Origin: Kamptonema sp.
Lineage (GTDB): Bacteria > Cyanobacteriota > Cyanobacteriia > Cyanobacteriales > Microcoleaceae
Reading direction: 5' to 3'
Assembly: GCA_035298405.1 (NCBI GenBank)
Contig: DATGYA010000606.1
Span: 1 to 58,167, forward strand
DNA length: 58,167 bases
A program made the position numbers and the translations under genes. Below the pieces are notes generated by a model, which worked only from the letters and a program-made list of their open reading frames with translations, ran no database searches and was not told the origin of the DNA. Positions 49,701 through 58,075 of the stretch are shown in pieces. Positions within the stretch are counted from its first letter, which is position 1, and every line of letters starts with the position of its first letter.

Positions 49701-52700
49701 AGCGCCAAACCAAATATTTCCGCTTGCCGTATATGGTCGAATAGACAAAGTGCCTTTGCTTTGAACTGGGCTACCTGTAAAGTTTATTGCGCCGCCAGTA
49801 ATGGTAATATTTCCAGTATTGGCTAAGCCATTGGCATCAATGCTATCTACAGAGCTTTGGAGAGCAGAAGTAAGGGTGATATCTCCACCAGCACCGATTG
49901 TGGAACTAGAGTTAAGATTACCAGTATTAATATTACCGTTGGCAGATAGCGCGATCGCGCCTCCAGTTCCTAAAGCAGAACTCGTATTAATCGCCCCTGA
50001 TGTAGTATTAATATTGCCATTATTGCTGGTAAGCGTGACTGCTTGCCCTGGATTAGTAATATTGCCAGTCGTGATATCGCCTGTAGTTGTAATCGCGATC
50101 GCACTCGTGCTGGTAGTATCGAGAGAATTAGATATTGTCAGCGAAGCTAACGGCACTGTTCCCCCCATCGGCCCACTGAGATTAATAATACCCGTTCCCG
50201 TATTCAGGGTTAAGTTGCCATTGCCGTCAACAGTTCCACCAAAATTAATATTGCCAGCGCCTATTAATCCAGTGGTAAGAGTGGAATTGCCAATGAGAGA
50301 AACATTGCTGCCAAAAGAGATATCCTGCTCATTAGTAGTGATGTTGCCATTCAGGTTAACAGTTGGAGCCAATAAATTAATAGAAGCATTGTCCGCACCT
50401 GTGAACGGAGATGTGACATTATTAACATTAATTACTCCGGTTGTTTGTAGCGTTACCGGATCTTGAAAAGTAGCGTTGCCTGAGACAATAATATTACCAG
50501 TTTGAGTGGGATCGCCGATCGTAATCTGAGCAAAACCTGGGGTAAATTGGTTAATAGCCTGCCGTAATTCTAAATTACTACCACCAGGACTCGGAGTATC
50601 CAAACCGACAAGATCGATATCAACACTGGGAGTAAGAGTCCGCACCGTCAGGTTGCCAGTACCGCTAACAAAACTGTCAGGAAGGATGTTGATTTCATCA
50701 GATATCAAGGTGACGTTACCGCTACCTCCGGTAACATTGCCATTGGTGGTAAGAGTAATTCCTAAACCAGTAGCAGTGCCAGTGCCAGTTCCTTGCAGGG
50801 TAATATCCCCAGTTCCCGTTGATTGTATTGTAGTGTTAGTGCTTGATAAAATGCCATAGTTATTGGTTCCAGTGCCGGCACCATTACCAGTTAGGCTGAT
50901 ATTTCCATTTTGCGATCGCACCGCAGAGTTGTTAATAACATTGATTCCAGAATTAGTGCCTGTACCTGCGCTACTACCGTTACCATTTAAGGTAATATTT
51001 CCCACTCCTGCGGTTTGAATTGTAGATGTGTCTATATTAATACCTTCGTTGTTAATCCCAGTGCCGTTGCCGTTACCGTTCAGGGTAAGATTTCCAGAGA
51101 GCGATCGCACGGTACTTCCAACAACATTTATCCCTATATTGTTATCAGTACCATTACCGGCCGTACCGTTGAGGGTGACATTGCCGCTGCCTGTGGATTC
51201 TGCAATGCCATTGGAAATTGTAATACCGCTCTTGTTTAATCCTTGATTACCACCAATTCCAGTAATAAGTAGATTTCCATTTTGCGATCGCACTGTACTG
51301 GAACTAACAAATATCCCTGCATTAGTGTTCGTCCCATTCGCCCCCGTCCCATTCAAAGTAACATTCCCGTTCCCTAGCGTTGATTGCAGGGTGCTGATAT
51401 TAGTTATTAAAACACCTACGTTGTTAGTTCCACTGCCCGCACCGTTACCAATCAAGCTGACATTTCCCCCTGCTGACTGCACCGTACTACTGTCAATACT
51501 TATCCCTTGATTATTAAATGTACCGTTTCCGCCCGTACCGTTGAAAGTAATATTGCCACTGCCAGTCGATTCGACAATGCTGTTAGTTTGCACGTAAATG
51601 CCGCGATTATTATTTGTAGTTCCATTACCCGTGCCCGTTAGACTAATATTTCCAGCAAGCGATCGTACTGTCGAAGTTCCTTCAAATATAATGCCGGTAT
51701 TATTATCTGCCCCAGCACCTGCCTTACCATCAAAAATTAAATTTCCCGTCCCTGTTGCTTCCACCAAAGCCGAATTTAGGTTAATGCCGTAGCTAAAGCT
51801 TGCAGTCCCATTACCATTACCCTGGCCGCGTAGAGTAATATTTCCATCTTGCGATCGCAGGATACTGCCGGGATCGATTCTAATACCCATATTGCGATCG
51901 GCTGATCCTGCACTTCCTGTACCATCTAAGGTAATGGTTCCGCTTCCTGTCGTTTCGATAGTAGCGTCTATAATATTAATGCCTCTGTTAGCTTGGTCGC
52001 TGCCTTTTCCAAACCCAGTTAGGCTGATATTCCCACCCGCAGAACTCACTCTAGGACTGTTTAAAGGGTTCAATGTTATTGATATACCGTGATTGCTATT
52101 TATTCCGTTACCACCAGTACCAACGAGAGTAATATTGCCTGTTCCGGTAGCTTCTGCTACGCCGCCATCGAAAATCAGAATACCGTTGTTACTTACTCCC
52201 GTCCCGCTTCCGCCGCCTGTTCCCGTCAAGTTGGCAGTTCCACTTGCTACAGTCACCCTGGAACCAAGACCGTTAATATAGATCCCGTAATTATTATTTA
52301 TTCCACCCCCGCCAGTGCCGTTTAAAGTAACATTTCCAGTCCCGGTAGATTCGATTATCGCGCCACCGTTTGGGAATCCAATACCATAGTTATCACTCAA
52401 TAATGTACTACCACCAGTACCCGTTATAAAGATATTTCCATTTACCGACCTTACTGTGGATGGGTTATCAAGATATATCCCCTCATTAAAACCAGAAAAC
52501 CCAGTACCTCCTCCTGTACCATTGATGGTGATAGTACCTAGCCCTGTTGATTCTACAACTGCGCCATTTCGCATATAAATGCCAACGTTTAAATTGTTGG
52601 GCGACGCTCCTCCTAACCCAGTCAGAGTGATATTTCCATCAGATGAAGCGATCCGGGAATTGTTATCTATCTGAACCCCATGATTATTGCCTCCTCCAGC

Positions 52701-54584
52701 AGTTCCCCCCGTACCATTGAGGTTGATGTTACCGACTCCACTATTAATTATGCTATTATTATTGATATTTATTCCAATCGAGGAGCCTAAAGCACTCCCC
52801 CTACCAATGCCAATAAAATCGCCACCATTAGTATTAATCGAAGCGGTATTAATCGTGAGACTACCCACACCTGTATTATCAGCATCGGCGTTGAGGGTGA
52901 CATTCCCTCCATTAGTGATGATATTTGCCCCAGAATTGATATTAATATCGTTATTAGCTTGAGCAATTAGGCCTGCACCTGCGCCCGTTGGTGTAATAGG
53001 AGCGTTAATATTAATGTCGTTATTGGCTTGCAATGTTAAAGAAAAGCCGCTACTCCAAGTAATAGGGTTGGCTACTGTAATATCGCCGAGATTAAAAGAC
53101 AAAGATGCAGTGGAGATCGTGACGTTGCTTGAACTTAGTTGTGTTTGCAGCGTGGTGGTATTGATAGTAGAAGTAGCGGCTGAAGGTGTAAAGATTCCGC
53201 CTCCGAAAGTGCCGCCTGCATTCGCACCTGTGCTAATGGTAATGTTTGTGGGATCTAGCAGCAGGGTTCCGACAGTGCCAAAGGGCGATCGCAAGTCAGC
53301 AAATCCTTGATAATCTAAATAATTTTTACCACTAACTTCTGCAAAACCGCCATTACCACTACTCGCTCCGCCTCGTGCAGAAATGTTACCCAGAAAGCGA
53401 GTATTTTCATCGGCCCAAACTATTACTCGTCCGCCATTACCGTTAAGCAAAGCATCAGCACTAATAATAGAATCATTGCTCACAAATGTTCTCAAAGCAT
53501 TCGGTACAGTGCCTAAACCGCGATAGTCGCCACCAATTAATACTGTACCGCCGCCATTATTCCCAGCAGCGTTAATGTTTGCACCAAAAAGTCCTACTCG
53601 CTGTCCTAAGATATTGACAGTGCCGCCAACTTCTTCTCCCCCACCTTGGTAAGGGAGGGTGTGGGGGGGTGAAACATTGATATTGCCAGAAGCGATCGCA
53701 TCTCCTGTTTGTACTGCTACATTTTGCCCAGTCAGTGTTATTTCTCCATTGGCATTTATCGTTAAACCAGCAGCATTTTCCAAGCCTTTCCCTGTCAATA
53801 ATTGGGGTAAAGATAAAACTGGCTGCGTCCAATTGGGGGGGACTGAGCTTGTATTCGCGATCGGTTGAATATCTAAACTCAATAAATGCCCTGTTTGGCT
53901 AACTCTAACTACATTTTCACCTGGTATAGCAGCGATAGTAATGTTGCCACTGGGAGCTTGCAAGGTTCCTGTATTAAAGACAGTACCGCCAATTAATGTT
54001 AAACTTTCACCTGGTAAGACTGATAAATTGCCTGCATTGAATATTGCTCCTGGTTGTGCTATTCCGAAAGCAAAACTATTAGGAGTTCCCACTAAAGTTT
54101 GCCAATTATTATTACCAATAGCATTAAACCAATTATTATTGCCAAAGCCGATACCTGTAGCGCTGGTAGCGGTAAAAGATGCGGGTACGTTGAGGCTGGC
54201 ATTAGGGCCAAATACAATCCCGGCGGGATTCATTAAGAACAGGTTAGAATTGCCGCCTGTTACTTGAATTAAGCCGTTAATAATAGAAGCGTCGCCACCT
54301 GTAACTCTGCCTAAAATATTGCGGATATTGGGATTAGTTAAAAAGTTGGCAATTTGACCTTCTGAGAGTCCAAATTGAGTAAAACTATGGAACAGGTTGG
54401 CTTTATCGCCACTGAGGGAACCTCCTTGGATATCGATGCGATTTCCTTGAGGAGTGACGATCGTACCCGTACCGTCAGATGCTGGTGTGATAACTTGAGT
54501 TTGAGCGTTGGTGGGAGAGGCAAATGTACTTAGTAGGCTTAATGTGACCAACAACCGTAGTAAAGTGACTCTATGATCTTGCAT
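43788..54584 (-). CDS. Giant filamentous-haemagglutinin/TPS-domain protein with C-terminal CHAT domain, paralog 2
   Basis: Same architecture as paralog 1; IVHLATHAEF / LVLSACKTA; (PA)n linker. Confidence 0.93.
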   Translation of the reverse strand: MQDHRVTLLRLLVTLSLLSTFASPTNAQTQVITPASDGTGTIVTPQGNRIDIQGGSLSGDKANLFHSFTQFGLSEGQIANFLTNPNIRNILGRVTGGDASIINGLIQVTGGNSNLFLMNPAGIVFGPNASLNVPASFTATSATGIGFGNNNWFNAIGNNNWQTLVGTPNSFAFGIAQPGAIFNAGNLSVLPGESLTLIGGTVFNTGTLQAPSGNITIAAIPGENVVRVSQTGHLLSLDIQPIANTSSVPPNWTQPVLSLPQLLTGKGLENAAGLTINANGEITLTGQNVAVQTGDAIASGNINVSPPHTLPYQGGGEEVGGTVNILGQRVGLFGANINAAGNNGGGTVLIGGDYRGLGTVPNALRTFVSNDSIISADALLNGNGGRVIVWADENTRFLGNISARGGASSGNGGFAEVSGKNYLDYQGFADLRSPFGTVGTLLLDPTNITISTGANAGGTFGGGIFTPSAATSTINTTTLQTQLSSSNVTISTASLSFNLGDITVANPITWSSGFSLTLQANNDININAPITPTGAGAGLIAQANNDININSGANIITNGGNVTLNADADNTGVGSLTINTASINTNGGDFIGIGRGSALGSSIGININNNSIINSGVGNINLNGTGGTAGGGNNHGVQIDNNSRIASSDGNITLTGLGGASPNNLNVGIYMRNGAVVESTGLGTITINGTGGGTGFSGFNEGIYLDNPSTVRSVNGNIFITGTGGSTLLSDNYGIGFPNGGAIIESTGTGNVTLNGTGGGGINNNYGIYINGLGSRVTVASGTANLTGTGGGSGTGVSNNGILIFDGGVAEATGTGNITLVGTGGNGINSNHGISITLNPLNSPRVSSAGGNISLTGFGKGSDQANRGINIIDATIETTGSGTITLDGTGSAGSADRNMGIRIDPGSILRSQDGNITLRGQGNGNGTASFSYGINLNSALVEATGTGNLIFDGKAGAGADNNTGIIFEGTSTVRSLAGNISLTGTGNGTTNNNRGIYVQTNSIVESTGSGNITFNGTGGNGTFNNQGISIDSSTVQSAGGNVSLIGNGAGSGTNNVGVLITNISTLQSTLGNGNVTLNGTGANGTNTNAGIFVSSSTVRSQNGNLLITGIGGNQGLNKSGITISNGIAESTGSGNVTLNGTAGNGTDNNIGINVVGSTVRSLSGNLTLNGNGNGTGINNEGINIDTSTIQTAGVGNITLNGNGSSAGTGTNSGINVINNSAVRSQNGNISLTGNGAGTGTNNYGILSSTNTTIQSTGTGDITLQGTGTGTATGLGITLTTNGNVTGGSGNVTLISDEINILPDSFVSGTGNLTVRTLTPSVDIDLVGLDTPSPGGSNLELRQAINQFTPGFAQITIGDPTQTGNIIVSGNATFQDPVTLQTTGVINVNNVTSPFTGADNASINLLAPTVNLNGNITTNEQDISFGSNVSLIGNSTLTTGLIGAGNINFGGTVDGNGNLTLNTGTGIINLSGPMGGTVPLASLTISNSLDTTSTSAIAITTTGDITTGNITNPGQAVTLTSNNGNINTTSGAINTSSALGTGGAIALSANGNINTGNLNSSSTIGAGGDITLTSALQSSVDSIDANGLANTGNITITGGAINFTGSPVQSKGTLSIRPYTASGNIWFGAGSSPISSDVQLGNTFATALQNGFSSIAIGRPDSTGNITVDNLALTFQDPVIFQTQTGNIIVNQSLAGIGDASVTINAPTINLNNNIITADTNITINGNVLVGNSPLVSTGSLAAGNILFSNNIDGGGNLTLEAGTGNIDVSGVIGSNTRLGNLTVNNAANIQTGAIAAASIQTAASGNTTLGNLDTNGASGINLTGANLTFGNVTTTNNGGLTVNNSNFLTLALDNLYLDGPFSQTGVGAVSISGDLITTNDSISFNAPVTATGNVTLNAGSGAIAFNSSLAAANNPLSLTAGEVDFTGTVTGSNTLTIAPGSSGQNIILGGYTDTGAANLDLTATELNNLAAGFNSITIGGAIAGNIVVSPSGVSFKDPVTLTTVNNSITLDGSLTGIGNSSITLNAPTTFLNNDIRTADQNITINSNVIVGNSATVSTGNLAGGDILFNGNIDGNNNLSLETGTGNITVVGAIGGSARLGSLTINNVNNVTTGAIAAASITQTSGIGTTFFNGIIDSNTSAGINLTGNIFNFNGNVTASNGGGFSINNSAALSLTPTANFNLDGAFNQTGIGTVALSGNIAVNNSNISFTSPVTLAGTSTLSTGAGIGDISFNNTLDGAADLNLTAGSGNILFSGAVGGVNSLGNLTVNSANNVNALNVINAGTITQLAGSGTTQFNSTINTNSPGGINLTGTIFNINGAVTTANSGSVTINNSGNLNVAAPLVLDGALNQTGAGTVAISANITTNNNDIRFSGPVTLNAPVSFTLGNATIAFGYSLAAGNYPLTLTAGEIDFTGLVSGTNALLLQPANPTQNIAIGGANNSSALDLTTAEINALQNGFNSITIGRADGSGNVTIGSNITFLDPVRLQAGTGAIALNGNITGTDNSTIAIAAPTINLNSGISTANNSITVNGNINLGNDIDLNSGNGNITIIGAIDGTQKLNINAGNGNLLLQGNIGNVTPLSGLVINAFNTNLGGNIATANGDITFNSNLILTNNVSLTTGTTGANITFGGTIDSQTLQGYNLSLTAGSGNVSFNGAVGNARNGELGNLTINNASNVTATSAISAGSLQSNSSGTVNFANINSGNVNIATNNNLTVANIITNGGQIQLNSSSGNVAASNLNTSLPSGNGGAISLTAPAGSVTTGNLNSSGVSGANITAIARNSITAGQINSSGSVGSGGNVFLDPIGDIQVEFVNAQGGTSGTGGNVFIESTGGFFRATNSFATAFSPAGTASISTAGGNGGGTITIRHVGGDGGPPFQLFEVGNAAINGTAAAITSGQSTIEAGRSFSGSFSIGNIAIQTDDAVPVPAPVPAPVPAPVPAPAPAPAPAPAPAPAPAPAPAPAPVAELVPTPSPVTIVVATPSPVPTAIASEQRTAVVPTLPPVPTAIASEQRTAVVPTLPPVSSAIASEQRTVVPSTSSGKGTQTSVTTVISALIPEFVSTIAPELTQTLRQAVTETPPLTQSATGIAPVTTTVSVTPRTETSVISSQVSSLYGEEERRRISPLPKPGVASTRQILEIEQSITELWPASRQFSRVAIAQGSGINSRQQTPSNNSSNLILGYNPPIDQIFEGEDIGDMVWQIEQIRYREFEQYLGINPNFSAKSISVSAMQETLNKIENETGKRSVIIYVVSRLNQLELILVPALGRPIRYSIPAAKRDALLPVVNEFRAEIANSRKRNARSYLEAAKQLYRWIISPLEGDLKKLGIDTLLLSLDPGLRSVPIAALHDGDRFLIEKYSFSLIPSFSLTNTSYRSIANASVLAMGASEFTDNSPLPGVPVELSAIASEWQGKSFLNSTFTLENLELQRSRQNYRIVHLATHAEFVPGKPGNSYIQLWNSKLPLDRVRNLNWDNPAVDLLVLSACKTALGDREAELGFAGLALQSGAKSALASLWYVDDRGTLGLMTELYHKLGTAVIKADALRLAQVAMLTGKIRVENGQLFTNAGTFPLPPALNYQDSRDFTHPYYWSGFTLVGNPW
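45480..45810 (-). repeat. Linker repeats: three 57-bp units (AIASEQRTAVVPTLPPVPT) and a (PA/PV)n hexamer tract
   Basis: HIP1 at 45499, 45556 and 45613 (57-bp period); (GCAGGT/GCAGGG/ACAGGC)n at about 45688-45810. Confidence 0.88.
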
Positions 54585-54900
54585 CGTTTAAATCCTGATT
54601 GACTGAAGATACGAATACACCCTTTCGGGTTCCCTGGTGAACAAAACCCTGATAATTTTTGGAGGTAAAAGCAACACTATGGGTTTTAGCCCCTCATCTC
54701 ATAAGATAACTTAAACTTCAGCTTGTTGTCTAGTAATTTGTAACGTCAGATTCCAAAGTTTTATTTGAGTGCTAGAGGGGGGAGCTACGTAAGTATATAA
54801 CCGCTGATTTCCTCCCCCTACTTAAATATTTGCTAATCAATGAGATACAGCGGTAGGACTTCCATATATGTTGCTAGAACTGCACGCGATCGCATGAGGG

Positions 54901-56517
54901 TTAGCTATTAGCTTTGGCGTTAATGGTATTCATAGTGCTGACAACCTGCTGTATAGCAAGATCCTGCTGCTTTACTGTTAAAGCGATTTGTTGGTTGAGG
55001 ACAAATATCTGGTTAATTGATTGGGCAACTCCTTGAAAATTTTCTGCTGTTTCCTGTGCAACTTTTACTCCTGATTGCACAGTAATGATTCCTTCATCTG
55101 TGACCGATACTGTGGCTTTAATTGCTTTCTTAATCTCAGAAACGAGGGTGTTAATATTGTCTGCTGATTTCTTGCTTTGGTCAGCTAATTTGCGAATTTC
55201 ATGGGCTACAACTGCAAAACCTTTGCCGTGTTCTTGGGCGCGGACGGCTTCGATAGCAGCATTTAATGCTAACATATTTGTTTGACTGGCAAAATCGCTT
55301 ACCATCCTAGAAATATCGCCGATTTGACTTGTCAGCTTTTGAGTTTCCTCTATTTGAGAAGCGATCGCTCCAACTTTCTCTTCTAACGCTGTCATTCCTA
55401 AGTGAGTTTGCTGTAAAGCAACTGTTCCATTAGCAGACAGATTTTGCGCGTGACGTGCTTGCTCAGCGACAGCGACAGCTTGCTCGGCTGTTGCTGCTGA
55501 AGAAGCGGCTAATTCATCCATTGTTGTGGTAACTTCGTTTACTGATGATGCTAAAAATGTGGCGATGCGTTGCTGTTCGCTGGCTTTATATTCTAGTTCT
55601 GTATTCGCCTGTTTTAGGCCTATTTCTGCTAATTGACGCTGACGGTCAATTATGCCAAGACTATTGGCATTCCACCAAATTAGCACCCCAAATACTATAA
55701 TATTTAACAGGCTAGAAAGAGATATTGCCAGTTCCTCAGTGTAAATGCGATCTCGAAATCCCGACAAAATTAATGCGCCTAATCCTGAAGGAATAACTAT
55801 TACTAATGGGTACAAGCGCCTAGCCATAATTCCACCTGCGTTATCCTTGGCAATGGGTGCCATAATGCCAGAGTCAGGCTGCACAAATAGTATGCCAAGG
55901 CAAAGCAGAAGAAATGCTATGCTTGTGTGCAGAGCCATTGCCGTTAAACCGGAACCGAACTGATAAAAGTAGGCATTGCCATAGGCGTAACCTAAGAATC
56001 CCAAAAAAGCAATTAATAAGGCCGCGAGGCTAAACAACTGAGCTGGGAGATAGTTAGGACGGCGTTTATTCAATAATAAAAGGGCAGAGCCAAGTAACAG
56101 AAAATTCATGGCTGTATTCGGTGCCATCCGTCCGGGTATAGATGTTTTAACAGCGCTTACGCTCTCTTGGAACAGCAGTCGATCGATACCAATATTTATG
56201 TTAAAAAGATATTGAATAATGGTCAGAAAACCGATCAGAAAAACAGCCAAACTACACGCTTGGGCTGTGCGGCGGAGGGTTAAGTTTTTGGCTTCTAGGT
56301 GTACCAACCAAAGAGATAAACCCCCCACGATAAAACACAGACTGGCGTTAGCTTTCATTGTTACCAATCCGGGCAAGAAGCTTTTGAGGAATGCGATATC
56401 AAAGATCCAACCCAGCATGACGGTGCAACCAATAAAGGTGACAGCTATGCTAGCTTTTTTAGAAAATGATTGCAGTGCGATGGTTGTATTAGAGGTTGAC
56501 AATATCTGGGGCGGCAT
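54901..56517 (-). CDS. Orphan methyl-accepting chemotaxis protein with multi-pass membrane sensor domain
   Basis: About 8 TM segments (TMKANAS, GRMAPNTA, MALHTS motifs), then ASQTNMLALNAAIEA...GKGFAVVAHEIRKLA. Confidence 0.9.
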   Translation of the reverse strand: MPPQILSTSNTTIALQSFSKKASIAVTFIGCTVMLGWIFDIAFLKSFLPGLVTMKANASLCFIVGGLSLWLVHLEAKNLTLRRTAQACSLAVFLIGFLTIIQYLFNINIGIDRLLFQESVSAVKTSIPGRMAPNTAMNFLLLGSALLLLNKRRPNYLPAQLFSLAALLIAFLGFLGYAYGNAYFYQFGSGLTAMALHTSIAFLLLCLGILFVQPDSGIMAPIAKDNAGGIMARRLYPLVIVIPSGLGALILSGFRDRIYTEELAISLSSLLNIIVFGVLIWWNANSLGIIDRQRQLAEIGLKQANTELEYKASEQQRIATFLASSVNEVTTTMDELAASSAATAEQAVAVAEQARHAQNLSANGTVALQQTHLGMTALEEKVGAIASQIEETQKLTSQIGDISRMVSDFASQTNMLALNAAIEAVRAQEHGKGFAVVAHEIRKLADQSKKSADNINTLVSEIKKAIKATVSVTDEGIITVQSGVKVAQETAENFQGVAQSINQIFVLNQQIALTVKQQDLAIQQVVSTMNTINAKANS

Positions 56518-56651
56518 ATTAGAATATTCCGTTGGCTAGCGATTAGTATGATGGTTTAATTTGCTGACATTACTTTAGCGAATTTTACAAATTTTAGAGT
56601 TAAATTACCTTATTTAAACGATAATAAAAACGATCGAAATTTAGCAAGATT

Positions 56652-57815
56652 ATGGCTATTGAAGTTGACTATCGTTTTCCTGCGGGTGTGGATGCAGTAC
56701 GGCAAGCGAAAATTATTGCTGTGGGGCAAACAGCGGGTACTTGGAACGAGCGTTTTGCTAGCAGGGAGTCAGCGCTGCGATCGCACTTAGCCGAAGTCAT
56801 CAACATTCGTACTGAATCCAATGGTGAAAGTATTGCTACTGTAAGCTTTCCCGAAAACAATGTTGAAAATGACATCCCTAGTTTGCTGACGATGATTTTT
56901 GGCAAATATTCGATGGCGGGAACAGCAAAAGTAGTAGCGGTGCGGTTGCCGACAAGTTATGGGATGCGGCCCAAATTGGGGATCGCTGGCATTCGCGATC
57001 GCCTGGGAGTTTTCGATCGCCCCTTAGTGATGGCAATTTTCAAACCCGCCCTGGGTTTGACTGCTAGCGATCATGCGGAAATTTTAGCAGAAGTCGCCAT
57101 CGCAGGTCTAGATATCATTAAAGATGACGAAATTCTAGGAGATTTGGCAAGCGCACCCACTGTGGAACGCCTACGTGCCTGTCGTGAAGTAATTGCCAGA
57201 GTAAAGCAGCAAACAGGACGCACGTTGCTTTATGCGGTGAATGTAACTGGAAATGCCACAAAAATAGTTGAACGCGCCCGAATGCTGGTGAAAGAGGGAG
57301 CGAATGCGTTGTTATTAAATGTGCTTGCTTACGGTTTTTCAGTGCTGGAGGCGATCGCATCTGACCCCGAAATTGACGTGCCAATTTTCGCGCATCCAGC
57401 TTTGGCAGGCGCTTTGTGCATTTCGCCTGACTGCGGAATGGCTTATTCTGTAGTTTTGGGGACGCTGATGGCGCACGCGGGGGCGGATGCGGTGTTATAT
57501 CCGGCGCATTACGGGAATTTGCCTTTTGATGCTGCCGAGGAAGGAAAAATCCGAGATATTTTGCGCGATCGCGGTGCGTTTCCTGTTCCTTCTGCTGGTA
57601 TTCATCCAGGTATAATTCCTAAAGTTTTAGCTGATTATGGTGAGGATGTAATTTTGAATGCGGGAACCGGAATTATGGATCATCCTGATGGATCGGAGGC
57701 GGGAGTAAAAGCATTTTTTGAAGCTTTAGATCGGGTAAAGAAAAGAGAATCTTTTACCTTAGAAAATCTCCCTAATGGCCCTTTGCGCCGAGCTATTGAA
57801 AAATGGGGGATTTAA
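56652..57815 (+). CDS. mtnW: Form IV RuBisCO-like protein, 2,3-diketo-5-methylthiopentyl-1-phosphate enolase
   Basis: GQTAGTW, FGKYSM, IFKP and DIIKDDEIL (KDDE motif), HPALAGA, PVPSAGIHPG; 387 aa, lacks the loop-6 Lys of true RbcL. Confidence 0.88.
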   Translation: MAIEVDYRFPAGVDAVRQAKIIAVGQTAGTWNERFASRESALRSHLAEVINIRTESNGESIATVSFPENNVENDIPSLLTMIFGKYSMAGTAKVVAVRLPTSYGMRPKLGIAGIRDRLGVFDRPLVMAIFKPALGLTASDHAEILAEVAIAGLDIIKDDEILGDLASAPTVERLRACREVIARVKQQTGRTLLYAVNVTGNATKIVERARMLVKEGANALLLNVLAYGFSVLEAIASDPEIDVPIFAHPALAGALCISPDCGMAYSVVLGTLMAHAGADAVLYPAHYGNLPFDAAEEGKIRDILRDRGAFPVPSAGIHPGIIPKVLADYGEDVILNAGTGIMDHPDGSEAGVKAFFEALDRVKKRESFTLENLPNGPLRRAIEKWGI

Positions 57816-57817
57816 AC

Positions 57818-57958
57818 ATATAGCGGTTCTCTGTCTGGTGAGGTACAATAACTCTACCCCCAACCCCCTTAGAAAGGGGGCTTTTCCGGTTCCTCCCCTT
57901 TGCAAGGGGGGCTAGGGGGGGTATTTTTTGTACCTCATATAATTGAGAACCGCTATAT
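57818..57958. mobile_element. MITE-like element with terminal inverted repeats and internal C/G-run hairpins
   Basis: ATATAGCGGTTCTC..GAGGTACA / TGTACCTC..GAGAACCGCTATAT; internal CCCCTT-aga-AAGGGG and CCCCTT-tgc-AAGGGG. Confidence 0.8.
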
Positions 57959-58075
57959 CATCTTGTCATATTTTTATTTGTTAACTCTATATTCTCCTGT
58001 GACAAGTGATTTCTACTCTCTTTAGCCTTAGAGAAAAAATGAGAGGAAACGTGATATTTTTTTACTTAAAATTAT

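Noticed and set aside
33702-54267. Numerous plus-strand ORFs of 60-270 aa opposite the two giant genes
   Set aside because: Antisense shadows of repetitive G/N/T/I codons; Pro/Leu/Val-rich with no recognisable domains.
33467-54584. Contact-dependent inhibition (CdiA/CdiI) locus
   Set aside because: C-termini are conserved CHAT domains rather than variable toxins; no VENN-type motif, immunity ORF or cdiB was seen.
56652-57815. Carboxylating RuBisCO rbcL
   Set aside because: Too short, lacks the loop-6 Lys and form I motifs, and has no rbcS/rbcX neighbours.
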